Source of the DNA: an uncultured Rikenellaceae bacterium
GTDB taxonomy: Bacteria > Bacteroidota > Bacteroidia > Bacteroidales > VadinHA17
DNA: 45,085 bases
Direction: 5' to 3'
Assembly: GCA_964396955.1 (NCBI GenBank)
Contig: CAYNGW010000001.1
Coordinates: forward strand, 1 to 45,085
Position 1 is the stretch's first letter; each line of letters opens with the position of its first letter. Under the pieces are notes generated by a model. The model was not told the origin of the DNA, searched no databases, and saw only the letters and a list, made by a program, of their open reading frames with translations. Below are positions 18,221-26,733 of the stretch, in pieces. The translations under genes were made by a program, and so were the position numbers.

Positions 18221-19574
18221 CTGAGTATCTCAGCCATTTCCACATTTCTTTGTACGATGTTTTCTTGCCATACATCAGTATCCCGGTTCTGTAGATCTTC
18301 GCCGCCATCCACACACATCCTGCAAATGTTATCACCATGAGGAACATTGAAATTGCTATCTGCCAGTAGGGTACGCCAAAAGGTATCCGAGCCATCATTA
18401 CAATAGGGGAGGTGAAAGGGATTATCGAGAACCATAAGGCAATGGAGCTTTCCGGATTCTGCATGGTTCCCATTGCCACCATGAGAGCGAAGATAATAGG
18501 TATGGCAACAGGCAGCATAAACTGCTGTGTTTCAGTTTCGTTATCTACTGCCGATCCTATCGCCGCAAATATTGAAGCATACAGAAGGTAACCGGTAACA
18601 AAATAGAATATGAATGATAAAATTATCAGGATCCAGTCCTGGTTCATCGCATTATCGAACAATTTTGTAAATTCCGCCATATCAGCGGACATCTCATCTG
18701 TCTGGGTTGCAGTGGCAATTTGCTGTTTTCCATCCATTATGTTCTGGGGCATGGTCTGAGTAATTTCAGTTACCCCCTTATCCTTCAGTACTGTTGCTTT
18801 CACCACCATAACAATTCCTGCAGTAAGAATTATCCAGATAAAGAACTGGGTAAGGCCTACCAGTGCAATGCCAATGATCTTACCCATCATAAGCTGAACA
18901 GGTTTGACCGAGGAGACAATAACCTCGACAACCCTGCTCGTTTTTTCTTCGATAACGCCTCTCATAACCATTGATCCGAACATGAAAACAAGCATGTACA
19001 TAAGGAACCCGCTGATATATGCCAGAGCCATTGCAATGCCTGTGCTGGTTTTTACAGACTGTCCCGAATCGTCGATTTTAATAGTCTGAATTGATACATT
19101 TGTATTGACGTCCTTAAGGATATTATCGAGATCCTTGATATTGTATGCAAGAAGCTTTTGCCTTTCAATTTCCTTTTCGAGCGCGCCGGAAATATGTTCA
19201 AGCAGGGTGAGAGGCGGCTGTTTTTTGGAAATGAGCTGTATCGCATTCGGAGTATTTATTATTTCCGGTGAGATCCACAGAATACCATAATATCCGGCCT
19301 CTTCGAAGTTCGTTTTAAGGTCTTCAACCGATGTGTTTTCCAGGTAGATATAATCAGCATCTTTTGTGTCGGGTATGACATTTTTGAACAGGTCAGAGCC
19401 ATCTTCAATCACAGCGATCTTTTTAAAATCCTTATCTCCATTCAGCATAAGAAGAGTCGGAACAACCATCAGCGAAGCCAGCAGCACGGGTGCAAGTATG
19501 GTCATTATGATAAATGATTTCTTCCTGACCCTGGTCATGTATTCCCTGCTTATTATTACAGATATTTTATTCAT
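18216..19574 (-). CDS. ABC-2 type transporter permease (NatB-like)
   Basis: 452 aa. One N-terminal TM, a ~150-aa extracytoplasmic domain, then 5-6 C-terminal TM helices. Encoded 18 nt downstream of the ABC ATPase. Confidence 0.8.
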   Translation of the reverse strand: MNKISVIISREYMTRVRKKSFIIMTILAPVLLASLMVVPTLLMLNGDKDFKKIAVIEDGSDLFKNVIPDTKDADYIYLENTSVEDLKTNFEEAGYYGILWISPEIINTPNAIQLISKKQPPLTLLEHISGALEKEIERQKLLAYNIKDLDNILKDVNTNVSIQTIKIDDSGQSVKTSTGIAMALAYISGFLMYMLVFMFGSMVMRGVIEEKTSRVVEVIVSSVKPVQLMMGKIIGIALVGLTQFFIWIILTAGIVMVVKATVLKDKGVTEITQTMPQNIMDGKQQIATATQTDEMSADMAEFTKLFDNAMNQDWILIILSFIFYFVTGYLLYASIFAAIGSAVDNETETQQFMLPVAIPIIFALMVAMGTMQNPESSIALWFSIIPFTSPIVMMARIPFGVPYWQIAISMFLMVITFAGCVWMAAKIYRTGILMYGKKTSYKEMWKWLRYSG

Positions 19575-19592
19575 AGTATGGATTTTTCAGGA

Positions 19593-20501
19593 TTAATTAC
19601 GTGATTCAACTACACGGATAAATATTTCATTCATTGACGGAAGAGCAGGGTTGAATGAGATTATCCTGCCTGATTTCATTGCTGTTTTAAGGATATCATT
19701 ATTCGCAATATCCCCGGCAGTTTTTATCCTCATTGTGCTCCTGTTATTTTCAAACTGGTTATTAAGGATCTTAAACTGGCCGTTTCCTTCAAATTTAGCC
19801 TCTCCCTCAAAAACAAGTTCATATTCATTGGCAGCCCATTGCCTGCGGATCTCATCCACGCTTCCCTCAAGGATGGTCTTTGCTTTGTCGATAAGAGTAA
19901 TATTATCACATAATTCCTCAACCGATCCCATATTATGAGTAGAGAAGATTATAGTGGCTCCTCTTTCCCGGAGGAACAGAATTTCATTCTTGATAATATT
20001 GGCATTTACAGGGTCAAATCCCGTGAACGGCTCATCGAAAATGATCAGTTTTGGTTCATGCAGGATAGTGGTCACGAACTGCACTTTCTGCTGCATTCCT
20101 TTTGACAGCTCTTCCACCTTCTTTTCCCACCAGTCAACCATATCAAGTTTTTTGAACCAATATTTCAGTCTTCGTATGGCTTCTGCCTTGGTAAGTCCTT
20201 TTAGCTGGGCAAAATAGATCGCCTGTTCGCCAATTTTCATTTTTTTGTACAAGCCGCGTTCCTCCGGAAGGTAGCCAATGACCAGGACATCCTCCGGAAC
20301 CAGCTTCCGACCGCTCATGTAAAGCTCCCCCGCATCAGGGCCGGTTATCTGGTTAATGATCCTGATCAGCGTTGTTTTACCGGCTCCGTTCGGACCCAGA
20401 AGTCCGTAAATGCATTGTTCAGGCACAGATATGCTGACATTATCCAGTGCCTTGAAACTACCGAACTGTTTGATTATGTTCTTTGCTTCAAATAGTGACA
20501 T
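19593..20501 (-). CDS. ABC transporter ATP-binding protein (NatA-like)
   Basis: Walker A GPNGAGKTT, signature LSKGMQQKV, Walker B LIIFDEP, H-loop STHNM. Confidence 0.92.
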   Translation of the reverse strand: MSLFEAKNIIKQFGSFKALDNVSISVPEQCIYGLLGPNGAGKTTLIRIINQITGPDAGELYMSGRKLVPEDVLVIGYLPEERGLYKKMKIGEQAIYFAQLKGLTKAEAIRRLKYWFKKLDMVDWWEKKVEELSKGMQQKVQFVTTILHEPKLIIFDEPFTGFDPVNANIIKNEILFLRERGATIIFSTHNMGSVEELCDNITLIDKAKTILEGSVDEIRRQWAANEYELVFEGEAKFEGNGQFKILNNQFENNRSTMRIKTAGDIANNDILKTAMKSGRIISFNPALPSMNEIFIRVVESRN

Positions 20502-20530
20502 AGAAAAATGGTTAGTTGTTAAATGAGTGT

Positions 20531-20538
20531 CAAATATA
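20531..20538 (-). promoter_or_regulatory. -7 promoter box TATATTTG (TAnnTTTG) for the ABC transporter genes
   Basis: Exact consensus match on the minus strand, 30 nt upstream of the ATG at 20501. Confidence 0.45.
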
Positions 20539-20561
20539 TGAAAACTATGTTTTTAAAATGT

Positions 20562-20590
20562 ACTCACCCCCATTCTTTTTGGGGGTGAGT
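20562..20590 (-). terminator. perfect 10-bp GC-rich hairpin downstream of dnaJ (putative terminator)
   Basis: ACTCACCCCC / GGGGGTGAGT arms with a 9-nt loop, 12 nt after the dnaJ stop. On the transcribed strand it is followed by ACATTTTAAAAAC, a weak U tract. Confidence 0.5.
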
Positions 20591-20602
20591 GCATGAATTC
20601 TC

Positions 20603-21745
20603 CTATTCAAAATATCCCCTCATCCTTTCGAAAAAACCTTTATCGCTTTTATCGGGTTTTGGGGTGAAGGTACCTGACTCTTTGAATTTTTCTATGATTT
20701 TTGCTTCTTCCCTGGTCAGGATCTTAGGGATCCAGACATTGACATTAACCAGCAGATCTCCTCTTCCATAGCCATTGACCTCAGGGAGTCCTTTTCCTCT
20801 TAAGCGCAGGATCTTTCCGGGCTGGGTTCCTGGTTCAATTTTTATTTTGACATTATTATCTATTGTAGGCACTTCAACATGAGCGCCGAGGACAGCATCA
20901 GGGATACTTATGAACAAATTGTAGATCAGGTCGTTACCTTCCCGTATCAGATCAGGATGGCTCTCCTCGTCAATCACAACCAGCAGGTCGCCGTGAACTC
21001 CTCCCCGTCTTGGAGCATTGCCCTTTCCGGACACCGTCATTTGCATCCCTTTACCAACTCCTGCAGGTATATTGATTTTAATAATATCTTCCTTCTGTAC
21101 TATCCCTTCACCGTAACACGCAGAACATTTTTTAGCAATTGTCTTTCCCTCTCCTCCGCATGCAGGGCATACTGAGGTTGTCTGCATCTGTCCCAGCATG
21201 GTATTTGTAACTCTCGTCACATGTCCGGAGCCGCGGCATGTTGAACATGTTGACAGGCTGTTCGAGTCGGCAGCACCTGTTCCCCCACAAGCAGTACAGG
21301 TACTATACCTTGAGACCCTGATCTTTTTCTCAACACCATTGGCTATTTCGAGAAGTGATAGCTTAACCTTCACCCTGAGGTTGGTTCCCTTATTTACTCT
21401 CCTTCCCCGTCTGCTGCTTCCGAATGTTCCGAATCCGCCAAAAGCATCACCGAAAATATCCCCGAATGATGAGAAGATATCCTCCATGGTCATGCCGCCG
21501 CCGAATCCGTTTCCTCCGCTGCCTAAACCCGCATGACCAAACCGGTCGTACCTGGCTCTTTTCTCATCATTGCTTAAGACCCCGTATGCTTCGGCAGCCT
21601 CTTTAAAACGTTCCTCTGATTTTTTATCGCCTGGATTTTTATCAGGATGGTATTTCAAAGCCTGCTTCCTGTAAGCCTTCTTTATCTCCTCCTTTGTGGC
21701 ATTTTTTGATATTCCGAGTACCTCGTAATAATCTCTTTTTTCCAT
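20603..21745 (-). CDS. dnaJ: molecular chaperone DnaJ
   Basis: J domain ([35 protein letters not shown]), a G/F-rich linker and four CxxCxGxG zinc-finger repeats. Confidence 0.95.
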   Translation of the reverse strand: MEKRDYYEVLGISKNATKEEIKKAYRKQALKYHPDKNPGDKKSEERFKEAAEAYGVLSNDEKRARYDRFGHAGLGSGGNGFGGGMTMEDIFSSFGDIFGDAFGGFGTFGSSRRGRRVNKGTNLRVKVKLSLLEIANGVEKKIRVSRYSTCTACGGTGAADSNSLSTCSTCRGSGHVTRVTNTMLGQMQTTSVCPACGGEGKTIAKKCSACYGEGIVQKEDIIKINIPAGVGKGMQMTVSGKGNAPRRGGVHGDLLVVIDEESHPDLIREGNDLIYNLFISIPDAVLGAHVEVPTIDNNVKIKIEPGTQPGKILRLRGKGLPEVNGYGRGDLLVNVNVWIPKILTREEAKIIEKFKESGTFTPKPDKSDKGFFERMRGYFE

Positions 21746-21760
21746 CCGCTTGCATTGTTT

Positions 21761-21789
21761 AATACCGGAGCTCTACCGGAACCGGTATT
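21761..21789 (-). other. intercistronic hairpin between grpE and dnaJ
   Basis: AATACCGG ... CCGGTATT (8-bp arms, 13-nt loop). The loop holds a second TACCGG copy that could pair alternatively. The 3' arm overlaps the grpE stop codon by 1 nt. Confidence 0.4.
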
Positions 21790-22415
21790 TATTCTCCGAC
21801 AACCACCTTTGCATGTCTTATAACCTTATCCAGCAGGTAATATCCTTTTTGCACCACCTCCACTATTTTCCCTTTTTTATCCTCTTCCTGAGTCTGCACT
21901 TTAGCTACAGCATGATGCAGGTCGACATTAAATTCACAATTCAGGGATTCAATTTCCCTGACATCATTTTGTTTAAGGAATTCATTGAGTTTCAGGTAAA
22001 TAAGATCAATCCCCTCTTTCATTGCAGCCTTATCGGTTGCTGTATCAAGATGTGAAAGAGCCCTTTCAAAATCGTCCATGAAAGACAGTATGTTGATAAG
22101 CACATTCTCACTGGCATACTTTGACAATTCCATTTTCTCACGCAGGGTTCTTCTTCTGTAATTATCAAATTCAGCCGACAAACGCAGATATTTATCCTGC
22201 ATTTCTGCCAGTTTTTCCTCAAAAGATTTTTCTTCAGGTACAGGTTTGTCAGAGGCTTGCTGTTCTGCTGCAGTGGTTTCTTTCCCCTGGTCCTCTTCCC
22301 CCGTCACAGGCGAAACAGCTTCCTGTGAAGGGCTATTCTCTTTGTTTTCAGCCGTTTCGCTTTTATCTTTTTGTTTGGTTTCGTGCTGATCAGGTGTTTT
22401 TTTCTTTACCATCAC
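21789..22415 (-). CDS. grpE: nucleotide exchange factor GrpE
   Basis: Acidic, low-complexity N-terminus, then LRLSAEFDNYRRRTLRE and a C-terminal beta domain (VVQKGYYLLDKVIRHAKVVV). Confidence 0.92.
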   Translation of the reverse strand: MMVKKKTPDQHETKQKDKSETAENKENSPSQEAVSPVTGEEDQGKETTAAEQQASDKPVPEEKSFEEKLAEMQDKYLRLSAEFDNYRRRTLREKMELSKYASENVLINILSFMDDFERALSHLDTATDKAAMKEGIDLIYLKLNEFLKQNDVREIESLNCEFNVDLHHAVAKVQTQEEDKKGKIVEVVQKGYYLLDKVIRHAKVVVGE

Positions 22416-22446
22416 ATGTGTTATTTCGGTTTAATATATCCTGATC

Positions 22447-22463
22447 AAGCAAATTGCTTGCCA
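22447..22463 (-). promoter_or_regulatory. sigma-54-type -24/-12 element (TGGCAAG-N4-TTGCT) embedded in a 15-nt palindrome, upstream of grpE
   Basis: The minus strand reads TGGCAAGCAATTTGCTT. This has GG-N10-GC spacing and one mismatch to TGGCACG-N4-TTGCW. It lies about 32 nt upstream of the grpE ATG and overlaps the palindrome CAAGCAA-A-TTGCTTG (22446-22460). Confidence 0.4.
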
Positions 22464-22472
22464 TGAGGCAAT

Positions 22473-22642
22473 AATTGACAAATTGACAGGAGAAAAGGCT
22501 TTACGGTGTTACGGCATTACGGCAGAAATTCAAATCTTTGGTTTTGCCTTAAAGCCCTGACACCCTAACGCCTTTACGCCCTAAAGCCCTAACGCCTTTA
22601 CGCCCTAAAGCCCTAACGCCTTTACGCCCTAAAGCCCTAAAG
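22473..22642. repeat. chain of octad arrays: AATTGACA x2, nnTTACGG x3, CCYTWAMG x12 (including three perfect 24-bp units)
   Basis: aattgaca x2 (22473-22488). ctttacgg / tgttacgg / cattacgg (22499-22522). 12 octads at 22547-22642, with ccctaacgcctttacgccctaaag repeated perfectly at 22563, 22587 and 22611. The last octad contains the murA stop codon. Confidence 0.9.
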
Positions 22643-23941
22643 CCGTTTAATATCCGCTCCCAGTGCATTGAGCCTCAGATCTATATCCTGGTAGCCCCGG
22701 TCTATCTGTTCGATATTATGAATAACGCTTTTTCCTTCAGCGGAGAGGGCAGCAATAAGAAGGGCAACACCTGCCCTGATATCAGGGGATGACATAATAG
22801 TGCCGCGAAGCTTTATTTTTCTGTCGTGGCCTATTACTGCGGCTCTGTGAGGATCGCAAAGAATTATCTGAGCACCCATATCGATAAGCTTGTCAACAAA
22901 AAAAAGGCGGCTTTCAAACATTTTCTGATGGATCAGGACTGCGCCCTTGGCCTGTGTTGCGGTAACAAGGAATACACTTAGCAGATCGGGAGTCAATCCC
23001 GGCCATATTGCATCAGCGATCGTCATTATTGAACCATCAATGAAGGTTTCAATTTCATAATGTTCCTGACGGGGGATACAGATATCATCACCGGATCTTT
23101 CGAGTCTGATGCCGAGCCTCCGGAAAGAATCAGGGATGATGCCGAGGTTTTGGTATGAAACATTTTTGATGGTGATCTCTGATTCCGTCATTGCTGCCAT
23201 ACCTATGAATGAACCGATCTCGATCATATCCGGGAGAATCGTATGTGTACAGCCTTTAAGTTCCTTCACTCCATCAATATAGAGCAGGTTTGATCCGGTA
23301 CCATCTATTTTAGCACCCATTGAAACAAGCATTCTGCAAAGCTGCTGAACATAGGGTTCACAGGCAGCGTTATAAATTGTTGTGCGTCCTTTTGCCAGCA
23401 CGGCAGCCATTATAATATTGGCAGTTCCTGTAACTGATGCCTCGTCAAGGTGTATAAATGTGCCTTCCAGGGCAGATGCTTCAATCTTAAAGAAAGGATC
23501 AGAGAGGTCAAATTCAAATTTTGCTCCAAGCTTCTGAAAGCCAATTAAATGTGTATCAACCCGGCGGCGGCCTATTTTATCTCCGCCCGGTTTCGGGATA
23601 AAAGCTTTTCCAAACCTCGCCAGGAGAGGGCCAACGACCATAATAGATCCCCTGATGCTGTTGCTTTGAGACCTGTACTCATTTGTAAGAAGATAATCAA
23701 GATTGATTTCAGCTGCTGTGAACCTGATTGTGGATTTAGATTCCCTTAAAACCTTTACTCCCAGGCATTCAACCAGCTTGATCAGCCTGTTGACGTCACT
23801 GATGCATGGAATATTGTGAATTGTTATTGTTTCGGAGGTGAGAAGTGTTGCACAGATTACCTGTAAAGCTTCATTTTTAGCACCCTGTGGGAAAATTTCC
23901 CCTTTAAGGGATTTCCCGCCTTGAACAATAAAAGTCCCCAT
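22637..23941 (-). CDS. murA: UDP-N-acetylglucosamine 1-carboxyvinyltransferase
   Basis: Full-length 434 aa. N-terminus FIVQGGKSLKGEIFPQGAKNEALQV, KPGGDKIGRRRVDTH (Asp where many MurA enzymes have the active-site Cys) and C-terminal IDRGYQDIDLRLNALGADI. Confidence 0.95.
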   Translation of the reverse strand: MGTFIVQGGKSLKGEIFPQGAKNEALQVICATLLTSETITIHNIPCISDVNRLIKLVECLGVKVLRESKSTIRFTAAEINLDYLLTNEYRSQSNSIRGSIMVVGPLLARFGKAFIPKPGGDKIGRRRVDTHLIGFQKLGAKFEFDLSDPFFKIEASALEGTFIHLDEASVTGTANIIMAAVLAKGRTTIYNAACEPYVQQLCRMLVSMGAKIDGTGSNLLYIDGVKELKGCTHTILPDMIEIGSFIGMAAMTESEITIKNVSYQNLGIIPDSFRRLGIRLERSGDDICIPRQEHYEIETFIDGSIMTIADAIWPGLTPDLLSVFLVTATQAKGAVLIHQKMFESRLFFVDKLIDMGAQIILCDPHRAAVIGHDRKIKLRGTIMSSPDIRAGVALLIAALSAEGKSVIHNIEQIDRGYQDIDLRLNALGADIKRL

Positions 23942-24585
23942 TAATGACGGATATATCCTTTTTTCCTGTTGAATTGCTTATTCTGTTGTTTGCCATGGGG
24001 TTTCCCCTGGGGTTTTCTTTTTACCTGCGGCATCAGTTCCTTTACCTCCAGGATCTTCACTCCATCAGTCATTTTAAGCTTTCCTCCGGACAGCATTTTC
24101 ATGTCGCCGATTATTACTTCATCGGCAACCTGGCTTCTGTTCCAGGTGATGTACGATTTTTTCATCTGGTTTAAAATGAGCGTGGTAAGATATTCTCTTT
24201 CTTCACCTTCTTTCATTTCACAGGCTGAATCTATCATCAATTCAATGATGCGTCCGTAATGCAGAAATCTTATATCACCCTGCCGGTAAGGGATCTGTTT
24301 TGGCTTTTCAATAAATTTTGTTGGTTCGGGCAGAGGATAAGGAGAATCAATATCCAGCCCAAAATCAGCTATCAGGGCAAGATGATCCCATAATTTATGC
24401 TTGAAATCCCCTTCATCACGCAGATGCGGATTGAGGTTACCCATGATCTGAATGATAGTCCTTGCTGCACGATTTCTTTCCGCTCTGTCTTCAATTGTCT
24501 TAAGATGGTCGACCATCTTCTGTACATTCCTGCCATATTCAGGCAATGCCATTCTCTTCCGCTGGGTATTGTAATCGTAACTCAT
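23941..24585 (-). CDS. DUF4290-like protein, translationally coupled to murA
   Basis: N-terminus YNTQRKRMALPEYGRNVQKMVDHL. The stop overlaps the murA start (TAATG). The gene order matches the conserved Bacteroidota pair (family name from memory). Confidence 0.7.
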   Translation of the reverse strand: MSYDYNTQRKRMALPEYGRNVQKMVDHLKTIEDRAERNRAARTIIQIMGNLNPHLRDEGDFKHKLWDHLALIADFGLDIDSPYPLPEPTKFIEKPKQIPYRQGDIRFLHYGRIIELMIDSACEMKEGEEREYLTTLILNQMKKSYITWNRSQVADEVIIGDMKMLSGGKLKMTDGVKILEVKELMPQVKRKPQGKPHGKQQNKQFNRKKGYIRH

Positions 24586-24643
24586 TTTCCCTTTTTTGCA
24601 AAGCTAATAATTAAAAGCCAATTCGTGTAACTCAAAATTCCCG

Positions 24644-25378
24644 TCAGAGGCCAAGGAACTGTATTGCTACACCTGAAAGGAAAATCATTGTACCGGCGAA
24701 CAGATGGCTGTATTTTTCAACTGGTTTCAGGTTGATCCTGCTTAATCCCAGCTTGAAAGCCATAACCACTGACATCATTGTGGCTATAGTGACAACAGAA
24801 AAAAGCATAGAGACCAGCACAGCCCCCGGTATATTATTTTCTGCAGCCGGATACATCAGGATCGGAATAAGCGGTTCACATGGGCCGAAAACAAAAATCA
24901 GGAATAATACCCAGGGAGTTACATTAACTTTATTGGCATCATGAACATGGGTATGCTCACTTTGATGATAATGTTCATGTGAATGGCTTTCTCCGCCAAG
25001 ATGATAGTGACTATGGCTATGTTTTCTGTTCCTGATGAGGTTCCTGATACTGATTACCATATATACAAGCCCGAAAGCTATAAAGAGCCAAGCGGCAATA
25101 TTCCCTCTGAATGATTCAACATCAACAAGCCTGTTCAGGGATATTCCGACCGCAATCCCGATAAGGCCAAGTATCACAGAGCTTAGAACATGACTGAGCC
25201 CGCAAAGAAATGTTATGAACATGGTTTTTTTAACTGTCCATTTTTTTGCTTCACTGAGAACGATGAACGGCAGATAATGATCAGGCCCCAGAATGGTATG
25301 CACGAATCCGATTGAGACTGCAGTAACTGATAGTAAGGTAATAGAATCGTTCATGTAATCTGGATCAATAATTTGCAA
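24644..25378 (-). CDS. nickel/cobalt transporter-like membrane protein (NicO/RcnA/UreH-like) with a His-rich loop
   Basis: GFVHTILGPDHYLP in TM1 resembles the HxxxxP(G/D)H metal motif. The central loop is HSHSHYHLGGESHSHEHYHQSEHTHVHD. GPCEPLIP lies in a later TM. Substrate not determinable. Confidence 0.55.
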   Translation of the reverse strand: MQIIDPDYMNDSITLLSVTAVSIGFVHTILGPDHYLPFIVLSEAKKWTVKKTMFITFLCGLSHVLSSVILGLIGIAVGISLNRLVDVESFRGNIAAWLFIAFGLVYMVISIRNLIRNRKHSHSHYHLGGESHSHEHYHQSEHTHVHDANKVNVTPWVLFLIFVFGPCEPLIPILMYPAAENNIPGAVLVSMLFSVVTIATMMSVVMAFKLGLSRINLKPVEKYSHLFAGTMIFLSGVAIQFLGL

Positions 25379-25430
25379 TTATATTGATTATATCTGAATA
25401 ATGTGAATAATGAACTGAAAAATATTTAAA

Positions 25431-25478
25431 GGTGCAACGGAGCAATGGTACAACGGTACAAAGGCGCAAAGGTTCTAT
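25431..25478. repeat. octad array GGnnCAAn x5-6
   Basis: ggtgcaac / ggagcaat / ggtacaac / ggtacaaa / ggcgcaaa / ggttctat. It ends 18 nt downstream of the CapA-like stop and lies upstream of the NicO-like gene. Confidence 0.8.
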
Positions 25479-25495
25479 TATCCAGGGTCCTTCTG

Positions 25496-26635
25496 TTAAT
25501 TATTTATCAGCCAGTACCTTCCGTTGAAAATATATTCCTTTACATTCACGTTCTGTTTGTAAAGAAGTGATCTTGAGTCATTTATGAATTTCTTCATTTG
25601 AATATAGTCAGTCCTGGCCGGAAAGAACTCCGGTCTGTTCTCAAATTCCGAGCAGGGCAGGATGAAGAACTTTTTATCATAATCTATGATCGGAGTATAT
25701 ACCCAGGTAAGGTAATATCCGGCACTTGAAACATTTACTGAGCTGCCTGTTTTTACCAGGTCAATCCTTACCATTGATCCTCCATCGGTTTTTGGCTTTC
25801 TCTGGTTCGAAACAAAATTACCCAGAGAATACACGACAACTTTATTATCATAAGATGTATCATTTCTGAACCAGACCATTTTCTGGAGCACATGAGGATG
25901 GGAGCCTATAATAAGATCGGCTCCCCTGGAAAAGAAATAATCTGCGAGTTTCGTCTGGTTGTCTGACGGAATGGTATCATATTCATTACCCCAGTGCAGG
26001 AATAGAACTATGAGATCAGGATTTTTTCGTTTGGCTTTATCAATATCGCTGGTAATCAGGCTCGTATCAAGCATATTGACTCTCAGTGGATCAGGAACCC
26101 TGATGCCGTTAGTGCCATATGTATAATTCAGCAGTGCTATTGAAAATCCTGATTTACTGATCATTAAAGGATGGAGGCTATCTTTTGAAGCCTGGTTCAC
26201 AAAAGTTCCGGTATGAGGTATTCCCAGGCTATCGAGCCTGTTGATTGTACCGGTAATTCCGTCCTTCCCGCGATCAGCAGCATGATTGTTGGCTGTTACC
26301 AGGCAATCAATGCCTGCATTCCGGCTGGCATCAGCCAGGGCAGATGGTGAGCTGAACTGCGGGTATCCCTTGTACGGAGGTCCGGCCAGGGTAACTTCAA
26401 GGTTGGCTATTGCAATATCACTTGCGGAAATTAAGGGTTTGATATATGTGAATACATCATTGTAATCATAAGTGCCTGTTTTCAGGTTCTCAGCCGACCA
26501 TATCTGCGAATCATGGCCCATTATATCACCGATAAAAAGCAGGGAGAGGTTTTCTTCTTCCGGTACTGTTGCCTGGCTGTTCACCGGTACCCGGAGACAG
26601 AGGAAAATCAGACATATCAGCACTATTCTGAACAT
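25496..26635 (-). CDS. CapA family metallophosphoesterase-like protein (PGA_cap)
   Basis: Signal peptide. FIGDIMGHD, NLEVTL, TANNHAADRG, LHWGNEY and GSHPHVLQ follow the CapA/calcineurin-like pattern. Confidence 0.8.
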   Translation of the reverse strand: MFRIVLICLIFLCLRVPVNSQATVPEEENLSLLFIGDIMGHDSQIWSAENLKTGTYDYNDVFTYIKPLISASDIAIANLEVTLAGPPYKGYPQFSSPSALADASRNAGIDCLVTANNHAADRGKDGITGTINRLDSLGIPHTGTFVNQASKDSLHPLMISKSGFSIALLNYTYGTNGIRVPDPLRVNMLDTSLITSDIDKAKRKNPDLIVLFLHWGNEYDTIPSDNQTKLADYFFSRGADLIIGSHPHVLQKMVWFRNDTSYDNKVVVYSLGNFVSNQRKPKTDGGSMVRIDLVKTGSSVNVSSAGYYLTWVYTPIIDYDKKFFILPCSEFENRPEFFPARTDYIQMKKFINDSRSLLYKQNVNVKEYIFNGRYWLINN

Positions 26636-26665
26636 TATATCAAGTTAATACGGATCTTTCAGTCA

Positions 26666-26673
26666 CAAAGATA
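26666..26673 (-). promoter_or_regulatory. -7 promoter box TATCTTTG for the CapA-like gene
   Basis: Exact TAnnTTTG match on the minus strand, 30 nt upstream of the ATG at 26635. Confidence 0.45.
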
Positions 26674-26682
26674 AATTATTTA

Positions 26683-26690
26683 TAACTTTG
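26683..26690 (+). promoter_or_regulatory. -7 promoter box TAACTTTG for kup
   Basis: Exact TAnnTTTG match, 43 nt upstream of the kup ATG at 26734. It sits back to back with the divergent CapA promoter box. Confidence 0.45.
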
Positions 26691-26733
26691 GAACTTTTCT
26701 TTGCGGTTAGTCCGAATTTTTGAAGTGAAAAAC

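Noticed and set aside
22547-22642. Possible CRISPR array, because of the regular repeats.
   Set aside because: The units are only 8 nt (24 nt at the higher-order level), with no unique spacers between them, and no cas genes occur in the window. The same reasoning applies to all the other periodic arrays.
22563-22642. Telomere-like CCCTAA units and G-quadruplex potential on the minus strand.
   Set aside because: CCCTAA is just one variant of the degenerate octad, so a telomere function has no support. G3 tracts do recur, but every second loop is 13 nt, outside the canonical G4 definition. I mention it only as a testable side note.
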